Source: Clostridiales bacterium
GTDB taxonomy: Bacteria > Bacillota > Clostridia > Saccharofermentanales > DTU023
DNA length: 64,000 bases
NCBI GenBank assembly: GCA_004556925.1
Contig: SFFI01000009.1
Span: 11,332-75,331 of the forward strand
Direction: 5' to 3'
How positions within the stretch are numbered: the stretch's first letter is position 1; every line of letters begins with the position of its first letter. Shown here piece by piece: positions 32,014-41,684 of this stretch. The notes under the pieces were generated by a model that was not told where the DNA came from, ran no database searches, and worked only from the letters and a program-made list of their open reading frames with translations. The position numbers and the translations under genes were made by a program.

Positions 32014-34296
32014 TTGGCTAAGAAAAAAATGGGCGGTCAGGCTAATGCGGCCGCTTCAGACAGAGAACTTCCTGCTTATCAAGCCTTTGCCGAGGGTGCT
32101 AATCCTGGTGAAACTGAGCTGGTAACCATTACGGATACGCTAAAGGATAACTACATGCCCTATGCGATGTCCGTTATTGTGTCCCGGGCTATTCCAGAAA
32201 TTGACGGTTTTAAGCCCTCCCAGCGTAAGGTCCTCTACACCATGTACCGCATGGGCTTGATGCGGGACCAGAGAGCCAAATCGGCTGATATCGTAGGCCA
32301 AACCATGGCTTTCAACCCCCATGGCGACCAGACCATTTATGAAACCATGGTGCGCATGACCCGGGGCAACGAGGCCCTGCTCCACCCCTGGATTGATTCT
32401 AAGGGTAACATGGGCAAGGTGTATTCCCGAGATATGCAATATGCGGCCTACCGTTACACGGAAGCCCGCTTGGATAAGTCTTGCGAGGCCTTGTTCCAAG
32501 GTCTGGAAAAGAATGCAGTAGACTTTGTCGATAACTATTCTGGAACCCTGCAAGAACCTGTGCTCCTGCCGGCGGCCTTACCCACCATTTTGCTCAATGC
32601 CAACCAGGGCATAGCGGTTGGCATGGCCTCTAATATCCCTTCCTTCAACTTAAGAGAGCTTTGTGATGCCACGCGGGCGCTGATTGAGGATCCTCAAGCG
32701 GATATTTTAGATATAATGCCAGCCCCAGACTTTTCGACAGGGGCATCCATTATTTATGACCGTGAGCAGATGGCTTCCATTTATGAAACAGGGAGGGGAT
32801 CTTTTAAGCTCAAAGCCAAGTGCCATATTACGAAGAAGCCTCTGCGGATAGAGATTTTAGAAATACCCTATACCACGACTATTGAAGCCATCATTGAAGA
32901 GGTCAATAAAAATGTCAAAAATGGCAAGCTCAAGGAAATCGTGGATATCAGGGATGAAACAGACCTCAAGGGCCTGCGCATCACCCTGGACCTTAAGAAA
33001 AATTCAGACCCAGAATTCGTTCTGAAAAAGTTGTATGCCTTGACACCCCTAATTTCTTCTTTTGCCTGTAACTGCAATCTCTTGGTTGACAATAAGCCCG
33101 GCGTGCTGGGGGTGCGGGATATCCTTGGTGAATGGCTGTCCTGGCGTCGGATCTGCCTAGCTAGAGAGCTAACATTTGACAAGCAAAAACTCGAAGAAAA
33201 GCTACACCTGCTGAGGGCTTTAGAGGCGGTGCTTTTAGATATTGACCGGGCTATCCGGATTATCCGCCGGACAGAGAAAGAGGATGAGGTTGTGCCGCAC
33301 CTGATGGCAGCTTTTTCCATTGATGAGGTTCAGGCAGAATATGTGGCAGAAATTAAACTACGCCATCTTAACCGTGAATACCTCTTGCGCCGTACCCAGG
33401 AGATCACAGCCTTAGAGGATCAAATCCATGATATCGAAGCCATCCTGCATGACGAGAAACGCTTAGACCAGTTGATTTCTACACAATTGAAAGGCTATGC
33501 CCAAAGCTATGGTAAGGACCGCAAAACGCAGCTGATAGCGGCGGAAAAACTCGAAAGTATTAAACTTGAGCCACAGATTGAAGATTATAATCTCAAGCTC
33601 TTTTTTACCCAGGAAGGCTATCTCAAAAAGTTACCGCTGACCTCACTGCGGTCTGCGGGAGACTTAAAGCTAAAGGATGAGGATCGGATTATCCAGGAGT
33701 TAGAAACGACCAATAAATCGGAAATTCTCTTCTTCTCAGATCAGGGAAACGTTTATAAACTTTTCTGCTATGAAATTGATGACCATAAACCCTCGCAATG
33801 GGGGGAGTTTGCCCCCAATATCTTGGAGCTTGATCCTGGAGAAAAGATTCTCTTTATCCATGCCACCAAGGACTTTTCGGGCTTTTTACTCTTAGTCTTC
33901 GGGGATGGACGAATGGTCAAGGTCTCGGTGGATAGCTATGAAACTAAAAATAAGCGTAAAAAGCTGGTAAATGGCATTTATGGTGGTGCTCCCCTTAAGG
34001 CGCTTTTCTTTACCACGGAAGAGACTGGCAACGGAGATATGCTAGCGGTATCAAGCCAAAACCGGATGATCCTCCTGGACACAGACTTAGTGCCCTATAA
34101 GAAGACCCGATCTTCCCAAGGTGTGCAGGCTCTGGGCCTTAAAGATAAAAACGTTCTGACGGAAGCTTCCTTGCTTTCGGCAGCCAAGGCGGAGGAATAT
34201 GCCTATTATCGGGTAAGGACCCTCCCGGCCTTTGGACGTTTCATCAAGGATGACTTGCTGCAGGAAAGACAGATGACTTTAGACTTGCAGGACTAA
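32014..34296 (+). CDS. Type IIA DNA topoisomerase subunit A (GyrA/ParC family; no GyrA box seen)
   Basis: YAMSVIVSRAIPEIDGFKPSQRKVLY, NPHGDQTIYETMVRM and active-site AAYRYTEARL. I found no QRRGGKG-type GyrA box in the C-terminal domain. Confidence 0.85.
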   Translation: MAKKKMGGQANAAASDRELPAYQAFAEGANPGETELVTITDTLKDNYMPYAMSVIVSRAIPEIDGFKPSQRKVLYTMYRMGLMRDQRAKSADIVGQTMAFNPHGDQTIYETMVRMTRGNEALLHPWIDSKGNMGKVYSRDMQYAAYRYTEARLDKSCEALFQGLEKNAVDFVDNYSGTLQEPVLLPAALPTILLNANQGIAVGMASNIPSFNLRELCDATRALIEDPQADILDIMPAPDFSTGASIIYDREQMASIYETGRGSFKLKAKCHITKKPLRIEILEIPYTTTIEAIIEEVNKNVKNGKLKEIVDIRDETDLKGLRITLDLKKNSDPEFVLKKLYALTPLISSFACNCNLLVDNKPGVLGVRDILGEWLSWRRICLARELTFDKQKLEEKLHLLRALEAVLLDIDRAIRIIRRTEKEDEVVPHLMAAFSIDEVQAEYVAEIKLRHLNREYLLRRTQEITALEDQIHDIEAILHDEKRLDQLISTQLKGYAQSYGKDRKTQLIAAEKLESIKLEPQIEDYNLKLFFTQEGYLKKLPLTSLRSAGDLKLKDEDRIIQELETTNKSEILFFSDQGNVYKLFCYEIDDHKPSQWGEFAPNILELDPGEKILFIHATKDFSGFLLLVFGDGRMVKVSVDSYETKNKRKKLVNGIYGGAPLKALFFTTEETGNGDMLAVSSQNRMILLDTDLVPYKKTRSSQGVQALGLKDKNVLTEASLLSAAKAEEYAYYRVRTLPAFGRFIKDDLLQERQMTLDLQD

Positions 34297-34361
34297 GCTT
34301 CGGCTGATAGTTTTTGCGCTTAACATGTAAACGGTATAGCTTCTTAGGAGGAGCGACTGAC

Positions 34362-36224
34362 TTGTTTAAACAAAAAGATGACTACATTTATCCTCAAGCG
34401 AAAAGGCCTTGGCTATCCCGCAAAACTCTTCTGACCCTGGCTATTGTCTTGACCTTTATGGCCTTGATCTTAGGCCTGGTTTACTTCCGTCAAGCCCGGA
34501 ATGAGCAGGCTGCCATGGGAAATTTTGAAAGGGCCTTGGCTGCCCAGGACTACGCGGCTGCCATGGACCTTTATTACCGGGTCCAAGACCAGGCGACTGA
34601 CCAAGAACGGGAGCCCGCTGACCGGGGTCCAGCCCAAAGTATGCAGGTCGCCATGGAAAAAAAGGTTGCCGAATTAGTGGAGGCCAGTCTCCACCGTTTG
34701 GAAGCGGGGGAGCCCCTTAGCCCTGCCGAGAAATCCTGTATTGAAGACCTGCGCTTTTTATCTTCAATGCAGGTGATTCCCTTTTTGCGCGCAAAAACAG
34801 AAGATCTCTTAGATGGCAAGCTAGAGCCTAGCCGCTGGGAAAGCATGCTCCTGGCTTTTTCTGATATGGAGAATCTGCAGAACTACACCCAAGAGCTCTT
34901 AGGACAAAAGGACAAGCTCTTAGCCAAAATCAGTCAATTTGTGGAGGCAGGGGAGCTAGAGCAAGGAGATAAGTGGCAGCTGACCTGGTCAGCCTGGGAT
35001 GACTTAAGCCAAGACTTTGAGGGCTCGGCTTTTGCCAGGGAATATGCCTCTTTTCGCCTGTCCGCTTTCCAGGAAAGAGAGTATGCCCATTTGATGACCC
35101 TCACAGGTCAAATGATGGCTGCTGACCAATACTATACAGCCTATAACCTGCTTACCCTTATGCATGAAGTCTTCCCTGACCGCGCCGCCCTGGCTGAACG
35201 CTTGGAGGAGTGTAGTAAGCGCATTCCCTCAAGCATGGATACCTGGCAGGGCGATATTTTAGTTTTATCTCTCCGGCCTTTGATTGTACGGTCTGAATTG
35301 GCTTTTGGCCGCAGTACCGAGGCGGGCTATGCTCGGAGTTCCCTGATAAGCGGTCAGGAGTTTTTAAGCCTGCTGGATATCCTTTATCGTAACGACTATG
35401 TTTTAATCTCCAGTCGGCAATTTGAACCCTGGCCCCAGAAACGAGTTGAACTTAAAGTACCTAGCGGGAAAAAACCCGTGTTGCTTATTTTTGACCGCTG
35501 GCAATATTCTGTCCTAAACCAGGTTTCAGGCACAGCCTCTAAATTAAGCATGGGGGAGGATGGCCAGTTGCTTGCCCAAGCGGGGCTTTCTCAAGGCAGG
35601 GACTTAGATGCGATTCCCTTGCTGGAGGATTTTCTGACCAAGCATCCTGACTTTGCTTTTGACGGCGCAAAGGCTCTGATAGCTCTCAACCTCCAAGAAA
35701 ACCTCTTAGGCTACGCAGTTACACCTGATCAGGTGGAGGCTAGTAAAGAAGCCTGGAAGCAAGTTGGGCAGACTTATCCTGAACTTACAGAAGAAGAAAT
35801 ACTGGCCCAAAGGGAGGAAGTATCTCAAGTGATGACCTATCTCGAAGACCAGGGCTGGTCCTTTGCCTCAGCGGGCTATGTGGGCTATGACACAGGTTCC
35901 CTGAGCTTAGATGATCTCGCGGCTGAGTTGGACCAGTGGTCGCAGTTGATGACCTCCTGGCTGCCAGAGACCCCCTATTTTGTATTCCCAAACGGTTCCC
36001 ATGTCTATAACCGGGAAGATAGTCTGGACCGTATGCTAGAGAGGGGTTTTCGCATATTTTTTGGTCAGGGCCCCAAGCCCTACCACTTTTATACGAGAGA
36101 CTATGCCCACCTTGATGCACTGAGCCTGAACGGCTACAGCCTGTCTTCGTCAGATGCCTATTTAGCAGCAAACTTGTTAGGGGGCCAGGACATCCTTGAT
36201 CATGGGCTCAGGGATGGAGATTAG
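34362..36224 (+). CDS. Membrane-anchored hypothetical protein (~620 aa); the C-terminal half faintly resembles polysaccharide-deacetylase-type proteins
   Basis: TTG at 34362 after aggagg. TM segment LLTLAIVLTFMALILGLVYF. The family assignment is not secure. Confidence 0.55.
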   Translation: MFKQKDDYIYPQAKRPWLSRKTLLTLAIVLTFMALILGLVYFRQARNEQAAMGNFERALAAQDYAAAMDLYYRVQDQATDQEREPADRGPAQSMQVAMEKKVAELVEASLHRLEAGEPLSPAEKSCIEDLRFLSSMQVIPFLRAKTEDLLDGKLEPSRWESMLLAFSDMENLQNYTQELLGQKDKLLAKISQFVEAGELEQGDKWQLTWSAWDDLSQDFEGSAFAREYASFRLSAFQEREYAHLMTLTGQMMAADQYYTAYNLLTLMHEVFPDRAALAERLEECSKRIPSSMDTWQGDILVLSLRPLIVRSELAFGRSTEAGYARSSLISGQEFLSLLDILYRNDYVLISSRQFEPWPQKRVELKVPSGKKPVLLIFDRWQYSVLNQVSGTASKLSMGEDGQLLAQAGLSQGRDLDAIPLLEDFLTKHPDFAFDGAKALIALNLQENLLGYAVTPDQVEASKEAWKQVGQTYPELTEEEILAQREEVSQVMTYLEDQGWSFASAGYVGYDTGSLSLDDLAAELDQWSQLMTSWLPETPYFVFPNGSHVYNREDSLDRMLERGFRIFFGQGPKPYHFYTRDYAHLDALSLNGYSLSSSDAYLAANLLGGQDILDHGLRDGD

Positions 36225-37095
36225 GGCCTACTACGCTTCCTTTATCTTCTGGATGGAAGGAGTTTTTGACATATAGCTTGAGCTCCTGAGCTTGTAAGGG
36301 CCAAACGGCTTCGGGATGGAGGACACTTGCCCCTTGTTCTGCCATTTCTAACATCTGGCCATAACTAAGGTAGGGAAGGGGCTGAGCAGCGGGGTGTACT
36401 CTAGGGTCTGTGACAAAGACACCAGAAACATCGGTCCAAATCTCGCAGTCAGCTTGCAGGGCGGCAGATAACCAGGCAGCGGTTACATCCGAACCTCCGC
36501 GGGACAGGGGACGGCGTTTGCCTTCAAAATCTCTTCCATAGAAGCCGGGTATTACTAAGAGATCATACCCCTCTAGTAGGGGCCAAAGCTGGTCGCGCAC
36601 CCGGTTCAAAGAATCCTCATGCATGTGATAATGGTCGCCTATTTTATGGACCAAAATACCCGCTTGCCCCGCACCAACAAATTTTGCCCGATAACCTAAT
36701 TTGCAAAGATAAGCTGCCATCACAGAGGCAGAAAAGACTTCTCCTAAGGCGATGAGGCCATCATAACGATCCACACTGAGATCTTTTTCCTCTGCCTTTA
36801 GCCTCTCGCTGATACGTTGGCCATGTAGCATATCTGCTTGGCGAATCCCCAGTTCCTCGGTAATTTCTTGAAAGTGCGCTTCAATTTCTTGCCGTAGGAG
36901 AAGGGATTTTTCCTCGTCTTGAGAATAGGCTAGATCAATCAGGAGGTCCGTAATTTTACGGTCTTGGGGGAAGCGTTTGCCAGGGGCTGAGCAGACGCAT
37001 ATCCTGCGGTTAGAGTCAGCAGTTAGAATAGCCGCAGCTTGCCGAAACCGTGTGGCAGTTGCCAGAGATGTTCCCCCAAATTTTGCGACTAACAT
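36208..37095 (-). CDS. Aspartate kinase-like amino-acid kinase lacking the C-terminal ACT domains
   Basis: KFGGTSL, CSAPGKR, SRGGSDVTA and EIWTDVSGVFVTDPR motifs. The ORF ends after ~295 aa, right after the kinase fold. Confidence 0.7.
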   Translation of the reverse strand: MLVAKFGGTSLATATRFRQAAAILTADSNRRICVCSAPGKRFPQDRKITDLLIDLAYSQDEEKSLLLRQEIEAHFQEITEELGIRQADMLHGQRISERLKAEEKDLSVDRYDGLIALGEVFSASVMAAYLCKLGYRAKFVGAGQAGILVHKIGDHYHMHEDSLNRVRDQLWPLLEGYDLLVIPGFYGRDFEGKRRPLSRGGSDVTAAWLSAALQADCEIWTDVSGVFVTDPRVHPAAQPLPYLSYGQMLEMAEQGASVLHPEAVWPLQAQELKLYVKNSFHPEDKGSVVGPNLHP

Positions 37096-37243
37096 TTGCC
37101 CAACCTCCTAGAGTAAAACGCGGTTTTCAAGCGCTTCATCATAGCATGATCCCCCCACCTCTGCCAGCTTCTTTGTTATAATTCAGCAGGCGGCAGCGTT
37201 AGTCAGTTGAGCTGAGCCTAGGCATTAAGAAGCGGAGCAGAGA

Positions 37244-37777
37244 ATGGCTAAATTATTTATACCAGATTTTTATGTTGAAGACCTCTTAGATGTAGATTGG
37301 ACCTTTCTCAAGGACCAGGGTGTTCGGCACATTTATCTCGATATCGATAATACATTAGAGCTACATGGTGCCCGGCTAGCTGGCGACAGGACCCAGGAGA
37401 TTTGCCGGGATATTTTGGATGCGGACCTAGGTCTTTCTGTACTCTCCAATGCGGCCACAGAAAGAGCACGTGCTTTTTGTGCACCCCTGGGCCTTGACTA
37501 TCTTGGGCAGGCAGCAAAGCCTTTGACCTCCCGTCTAAAAAGCCATATGCGGGGCTTGAATGTACAAGCTGAGGAGGTAGCCCTGGTGGGGGATCAAATC
37601 TTTACTGACCTCTGGTGTGCTAGGCGCTTAGGAGCCAAAGCCCTCTTGGTGCAAAGTCTGGGCGGTGAGGAAGGTTTCTGGCTACGGGTTAAACGCAAGT
37701 TAGAGAAATTTTTGGTGCTAATAGGCCAGGATCCGCGGAAAGCTCCCGCTTTGCCGAGGAAGCCTTCCCTTGCGTGA
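37244..37777 (+). CDS. yqeG: YqeG-family HAD-IIIA phosphatase
   Basis: IYLDIDNTL, VLSNA and VGDQIFTD motifs. 177 aa. Confidence 0.8.
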   Translation: MAKLFIPDFYVEDLLDVDWTFLKDQGVRHIYLDIDNTLELHGARLAGDRTQEICRDILDADLGLSVLSNAATERARAFCAPLGLDYLGQAAKPLTSRLKSHMRGLNVQAEEVALVGDQIFTDLWCARRLGAKALLVQSLGGEEGFWLRVKRKLEKFLVLIGQDPRKAPALPRKPSLA

Positions 37778-37871
37778 GACGGCTCGATAGCATAGAATAT
37801 GACAAGTTTATTAGATCGAAAAACGACCCATAATTGGCCCGGCCTTTTATGGTTCAAGCCTAGGAGGATTT

Positions 37872-38435
37872 ATGATTAGTGCAGGTGATTTCCGTAATGG
37901 TGTATGTTTTGAAATGGATGGCCAACTCTATCAAGTTGTAGAGTTCCAGCACGTAAAACCCGGTAAAGGCGCAGCCTTTGTCCGCACCAAATATCGCAAT
38001 ATTAAAACGGGCGCGGTAGTTGAAAATAGCTTTAACCCCAACGAAAAGTATGAGGAAGTTCAACTGAATCGTGATGACATGTCCTATCTTTACAATGATG
38101 GCAACCTCTACTATTTCATGAATACGGAAACTTTTGAACAGATCCCTGTTAATGCAGATGCAATTGGGGATGGCCTCCGTTTTCTCAAGGAAAACATGGA
38201 AGTCCGTATGATGTCCTACAAAGGCGAGGTTATCTCCATTGAAATTCCCAACTTTGTAGAGCTCGAAGTGACCGAATGTGAGCCAGGGGTCCGTGGAGAT
38301 ACAGCCACCAACGCCACTAAATCTGCTGTGGTAGAGACCGGTGCAGAAATTCGTGTCCCGCTCTTTATTAACCAGGGAGATGTTATCCGCATTGATACCC
38401 GTACTGGCGATTACATGGAGAGGGCTAAGTCATAG
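37872..38435 (+). CDS. efp: Elongation factor P
   Basis: [10 protein letters not shown]...[25 protein letters not shown], 187 aa. Confidence 0.95.
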   Translation: MISAGDFRNGVCFEMDGQLYQVVEFQHVKPGKGAAFVRTKYRNIKTGAVVENSFNPNEKYEEVQLNRDDMSYLYNDGNLYYFMNTETFEQIPVNADAIGDGLRFLKENMEVRMMSYKGEVISIEIPNFVELEVTECEPGVRGDTATNATKSAVVETGAEIRVPLFINQGDVIRIDTRTGDYMERAKS

Positions 38436-38457
38436 GTCTTGACCTGGCCCTGTAAGC

Positions 38458-38835
38458 ATGCCTGACTACAGCGAATACCCACCTATTAAGGGAGACCGCA
38501 CGCTCTCTCAGGGCTTTATAGCCCAGTATGCTGCTGAGGCAGCCCTCAGTGTTTCTGGTGTGGCAAAACTCGACACGGGTCTGGTCGTTTCTCTCAAAGA
38601 GGCCTTAGGGGCCGAACACTATGGCAAGGGCGTCCGAGTCCGCTTTGACCGGCAGGATTCAGCCGTAGTTAATATTGATGTCTATCCCATCATGTATTAC
38701 GGCTACATCTTGCCGGACGTTGCCTGGGTGGTGCAAGAAAAGATTAAAGCCGATGTTGAGGAATACACCGGACTGAGCGTGAATGAGGTCAACGTCCAAG
38801 TCATGGGCGTCGTAGAAGAAGGAGCAGAACGATGA
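38458..38835 (+). CDS. Asp23/Gls24-family envelope stress protein
   Basis: IAQYAAEAALSVSGVAKL...VNVQVMGV pattern. Followed by amaP and DUF2273 genes, as in the conserved cluster. Confidence 0.85.
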   Translation: MPDYSEYPPIKGDRTLSQGFIAQYAAEAALSVSGVAKLDTGLVVSLKEALGAEHYGKGVRVRFDRQDSAVVNIDVYPIMYYGYILPDVAWVVQEKIKADVEEYTGLSVNEVNVQVMGVVEEGAER

Positions 38836-39383
38836 GCCGCTGGAATCGCATCTTAGCTGTTATTTTTTCTTTCCTAATAGCCTTGGGGTCCTTACTCATG
38901 ATCCTCATGTTCTTGTCCGAGGATATCATGTCTGCCATGATTGCCTTCTTGCTCCGCATCCAGAAAATTTCCGGCTGGCGTGGCTCGGTCGTGGTGACCT
39001 CCATCCTTTTATTTATTGTGGCTCTTGTGGCCCTCCTACTTACCATCATGACGGGCCGGCTCCACAAGGCTCGGGTAAGATCCTCTAACCTAGGAGATGT
39101 CGACATTGGGGTTGACGCGATTGAAAGTATAGCCCTCAATGCTGCGAACAATGCGCAAGCGGGTGTGAAATCTGTAAAGGCTAGGGTTGCGCCTAAAGAT
39201 GGGGATAATATTATGGTGAGCCTCAACATTACTTCTTACCCTGATGTGGAGATCCCTGCCATGATGACGAAGGTTCAGGAAAGAGTGAAGAAGGATGTTG
39301 AGCGTTATACGGGTATTCAGGTAGCGGAAGTCCCTATAAAAGTGAGTCAGGTAGAAACAGTTTCCGCTCGCATTGAACGCTAG
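38832..39383 (+). CDS. amaP: Alkaline shock response membrane anchor protein (AmaP-like)
   Basis: Two N-terminal TM segments, then an Asp23-like domain. Conserved position after asp23. Confidence 0.7.
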   Translation: MSRWNRILAVIFSFLIALGSLLMILMFLSEDIMSAMIAFLLRIQKISGWRGSVVVTSILLFIVALVALLLTIMTGRLHKARVRSSNLGDVDIGVDAIESIALNAANNAQAGVKSVKARVAPKDGDNIMVSLNITSYPDVEIPAMMTKVQERVKKDVERYTGIQVAEVPIKVSQVETVSARIER

Positions 39384-39393
39384 GGAGCCTGCT

Positions 39394-39639
39394 ATGCCTG
39401 AAAATAAGTCCTTTCTTCAGCAAGTCTCGCAAGATATTGAGCACCTCTCTACAGGGGGAAAAGGGGCTATCTTAGGATTTATTTTAGGCCTCCTGCTCAT
39501 CATTTTTGGCTTGTTAAAGACCCTTTTTGTACTCATTTTGACCCTCATAGGTTATATCGTGGGTCTTCGCCTGTTTACACGTTATGGATCTGTACGAGAT
39601 TTTTTGGACAAGATCTTTCCCCCCGGTTTTTTTAGGTAG
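39394..39639 (+). CDS. DUF2273-like small membrane protein
   Basis: GAILGFILGLLLIIFGLLKTLFVLILTLIGYIVG. ATG at 39394 after agggag. Confidence 0.65.
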   Translation: MPENKSFLQQVSQDIEHLSTGGKGAILGFILGLLLIIFGLLKTLFVLILTLIGYIVGLRLFTRYGSVRDFLDKIFPPGFFR

Positions 39640-39648
39640 AGGCATCAG

Positions 39649-40059
39649 ATGACAAGAAGTGAAATTCGTGAACAAGCCTTACGTTTCTTATACCAGCTGG
39701 CAGTGCAGTCTGGTGATCCTAGCCAGCAGGAGGAACGCTTCTTAAGCTACAACGATTTTACAGAAGCGGACTTAGAATTCTTCCATACCCTCGTAGAGGG
39801 CGTCACTACCCATGCCGAAGCCTTGGACCAGGAGATCGCTCAGGCCTTGGTAGATTGGAAGTTTGACCGTCTCCCCCTCATTGACCAAAATATCTTGCGC
39901 ATGGCTTGGTTTGAGATTAAGTATTCTAAGGATGTCCCTGCCGCGGTAGCTATTTCGGAAGCAGTACAGCTGGCTAAGCTCTACTCAGACGAGGGCGCCC
40001 ATTCCTATATCAATGCCGTGCTGGGTTCGCTTTACCGCCAGCATGAGGGTCAGGAATGA
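39649..40059 (+). CDS. nusB: Transcription antitermination factor NusB
   Basis: 136 aa with the typical N-terminus (SEIREQALRFLYQ) and ISEAVQLAK...YINAVLG. Confidence 0.9.
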   Translation: MTRSEIREQALRFLYQLAVQSGDPSQQEERFLSYNDFTEADLEFFHTLVEGVTTHAEALDQEIAQALVDWKFDRLPLIDQNILRMAWFEIKYSKDVPAAVAISEAVQLAKLYSDEGAHSYINAVLGSLYRQHEGQE

Positions 40060-41327
40060 GTGTATACCGCCTCACAGTATCTCAATTAAATGCCCTAGCT
40101 AGCGAAATCTTAAGCCAAGCCCCACTCGCGGACTGCGAACTTCTGGGGGAGATTTCGGCGGCTACCCTGGCTGCCTCTGGCCATTTTTACTTTACGCTTA
40201 AAGATGCTATGGCAAGTGTGTCCTGTGTCATGTTTCGCCAGGATTTTTCCCGTGTGGCCCAAAGACCGCAGGTGGGGGACCAGGTTATTTTACGTGGCAG
40301 AGCCGGACTCTACCAGAGGGACGGACGCTTCCAATTTTATGCTCAAGACTTGCAGTTGAGCGGTCAGGGAAGTCTCTGGCAGCAATTTGCTGCCCTTAAA
40401 GCGGAGCTTGAGGCTAAGGGTTATTTTGCGCCAGAACATAAACAACAGCTACCCTTTTTACCTAGGATAATTGGGATTGTGACCTCCTCGAAGGGTGCGG
40501 CAGTTCACGACATTATCACGGTTAGTCAGCGCCGTTTTCCCGGTATTAAGCTCCAGCTGATCCCAGTTGCTGTCCAGGGCCCTGGGTCTGCCCAGGACAT
40601 TGCGCGAGCAATTAAGATCTTTAACCATTTAAACCAAGCAGACCTGCTCATAGTGGGCAGGGGAGGAGGCTCCCAAGAAGACCTGTGGTCTTTTAATGAG
40701 CGGCCAGTGGCAGATGCCATTTACCAGTCTAAGATCCCCATTATCTCGGCGGTAGGCCACGAAACGGACTTTTCTATTGCAGATTTTGTTGCGGATTTAA
40801 GGGCCCCTACCCCCTCTGCGGCAGCCGAGCTGGCTGTACCGGTGAAGGCTGAGCTCATAGCCCATATTCAAGCCCTAAAGCAAGCCCTTGACCGGGGCCT
40901 GATCCAAGAGGTTGCCAACAGTAGGCTACGTGACCAGGCGGCCAATCGCCGGCTCTACCGGGCGTGGAACCAGCGCCTGGCAGAGGAGAACCAAGCCTTG
41001 GATGCCTTGGTGAATAGACCTGTCTTGCAATCTCCTCTCCAAAGTATTAAGTTACGCCGCCAGGAACTCCTAAGCCTGACCAGGGATTTATGGCGAGCAG
41101 AGGAGAATGCCCGGGAGGATTGTAAACGCCAGATACAAGACCTTTCAGGTAAGCTGGAATTGTTAAATCCCTATCATATCTTGCAAAGAGGCTACACAGC
41201 AGTCTTAGATCAAGAAGGCAAGATCCTCTCCAGGCTGAGCCAAGTCCAGAAAGGCAGTATGGTTCATATCCGTTTTATTGATGGCGAAGCCCTGGCAGAA
41301 ATCACCGACCTTGCAGAGCCCAGCTAG
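40056..41327 (+). CDS. xseA: Exodeoxyribonuclease VII large subunit
   Basis: OB-fold N-terminus, GIVTS..GAA..D and GRGGGS.EDLW..N motifs. Confidence 0.9.
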   Translation: MSVYRLTVSQLNALASEILSQAPLADCELLGEISAATLAASGHFYFTLKDAMASVSCVMFRQDFSRVAQRPQVGDQVILRGRAGLYQRDGRFQFYAQDLQLSGQGSLWQQFAALKAELEAKGYFAPEHKQQLPFLPRIIGIVTSSKGAAVHDIITVSQRRFPGIKLQLIPVAVQGPGSAQDIARAIKIFNHLNQADLLIVGRGGGSQEDLWSFNERPVADAIYQSKIPIISAVGHETDFSIADFVADLRAPTPSAAAELAVPVKAELIAHIQALKQALDRGLIQEVANSRLRDQAANRRLYRAWNQRLAEENQALDALVNRPVLQSPLQSIKLRRQELLSLTRDLWRAEENAREDCKRQIQDLSGKLELLNPYHILQRGYTAVLDQEGKILSRLSQVQKGSMVHIRFIDGEALAEITDLAEPS

Positions 41328-41387
41328 TTCTGCAAACTATTTAGGATGTGTGCATCATCATTTCAAAGAATGTTCAAGGAGTTCAAT

Positions 41388-41684
41388 ATGCTAGATTCCC
41401 CAGTTTCTCAGAATAACCCCAACACTGCCCCGAGCCAGGATTTCCAAGCCCCTCTGGAAAATTTGTCCTATGAGGAAGCGATCTTGGAACTAGAACAGAT
41501 TGTTAAACGTCTGGAAAAGGGTGAGGCAAAATTAGAGGAATCTGCCCAGCTATATGAGCGCGGCTTAGCCCTCGCCCAATACTGCTCAAGCATTTTGCAG
41601 GATATGGAGGCCCGAGTAAGCCAACTCAATTTGAGCCCGGAAGGGGAGATTGTAGAGCAGGACTTTAAGCTAGGAGCGGAATGA
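41388..41684 (+). CDS. xseB: Exodeoxyribonuclease VII small subunit
   Basis: LSYEEAILELEQIVKRLEKGEAKLEESAQLYERG. ATG at 41388 after aaggag. Confidence 0.85.
   Translation: MLDSPVSQNNPNTAPSQDFQAPLENLSYEEAILELEQIVKRLEKGEAKLEESAQLYERGLALAQYCSSILQDMEARVSQLNLSPEGEIVEQDFKLGAE

Noticed and set aside
32140-33320. Antisense ORFs 32140..32553 and 32868..33320 within the topoisomerase A gene, and similar ORFs opposite amaP (38801..39229), the cyclodeaminase gene (50678..50992) and rluD (56537..56944)
   Set aside because: Each is fully nested antisense to a gene with strong family motifs. None has a recognisable motif or start signal.
37096-37243. Lysine riboswitch (L-box) upstream of the aspartokinase-like gene
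   Set aside because: The minus-strand leader is only ~65-145 nt. Apart from an agaggtg-like start, it lacks the multi-helix L-box architecture and length (~180 nt).
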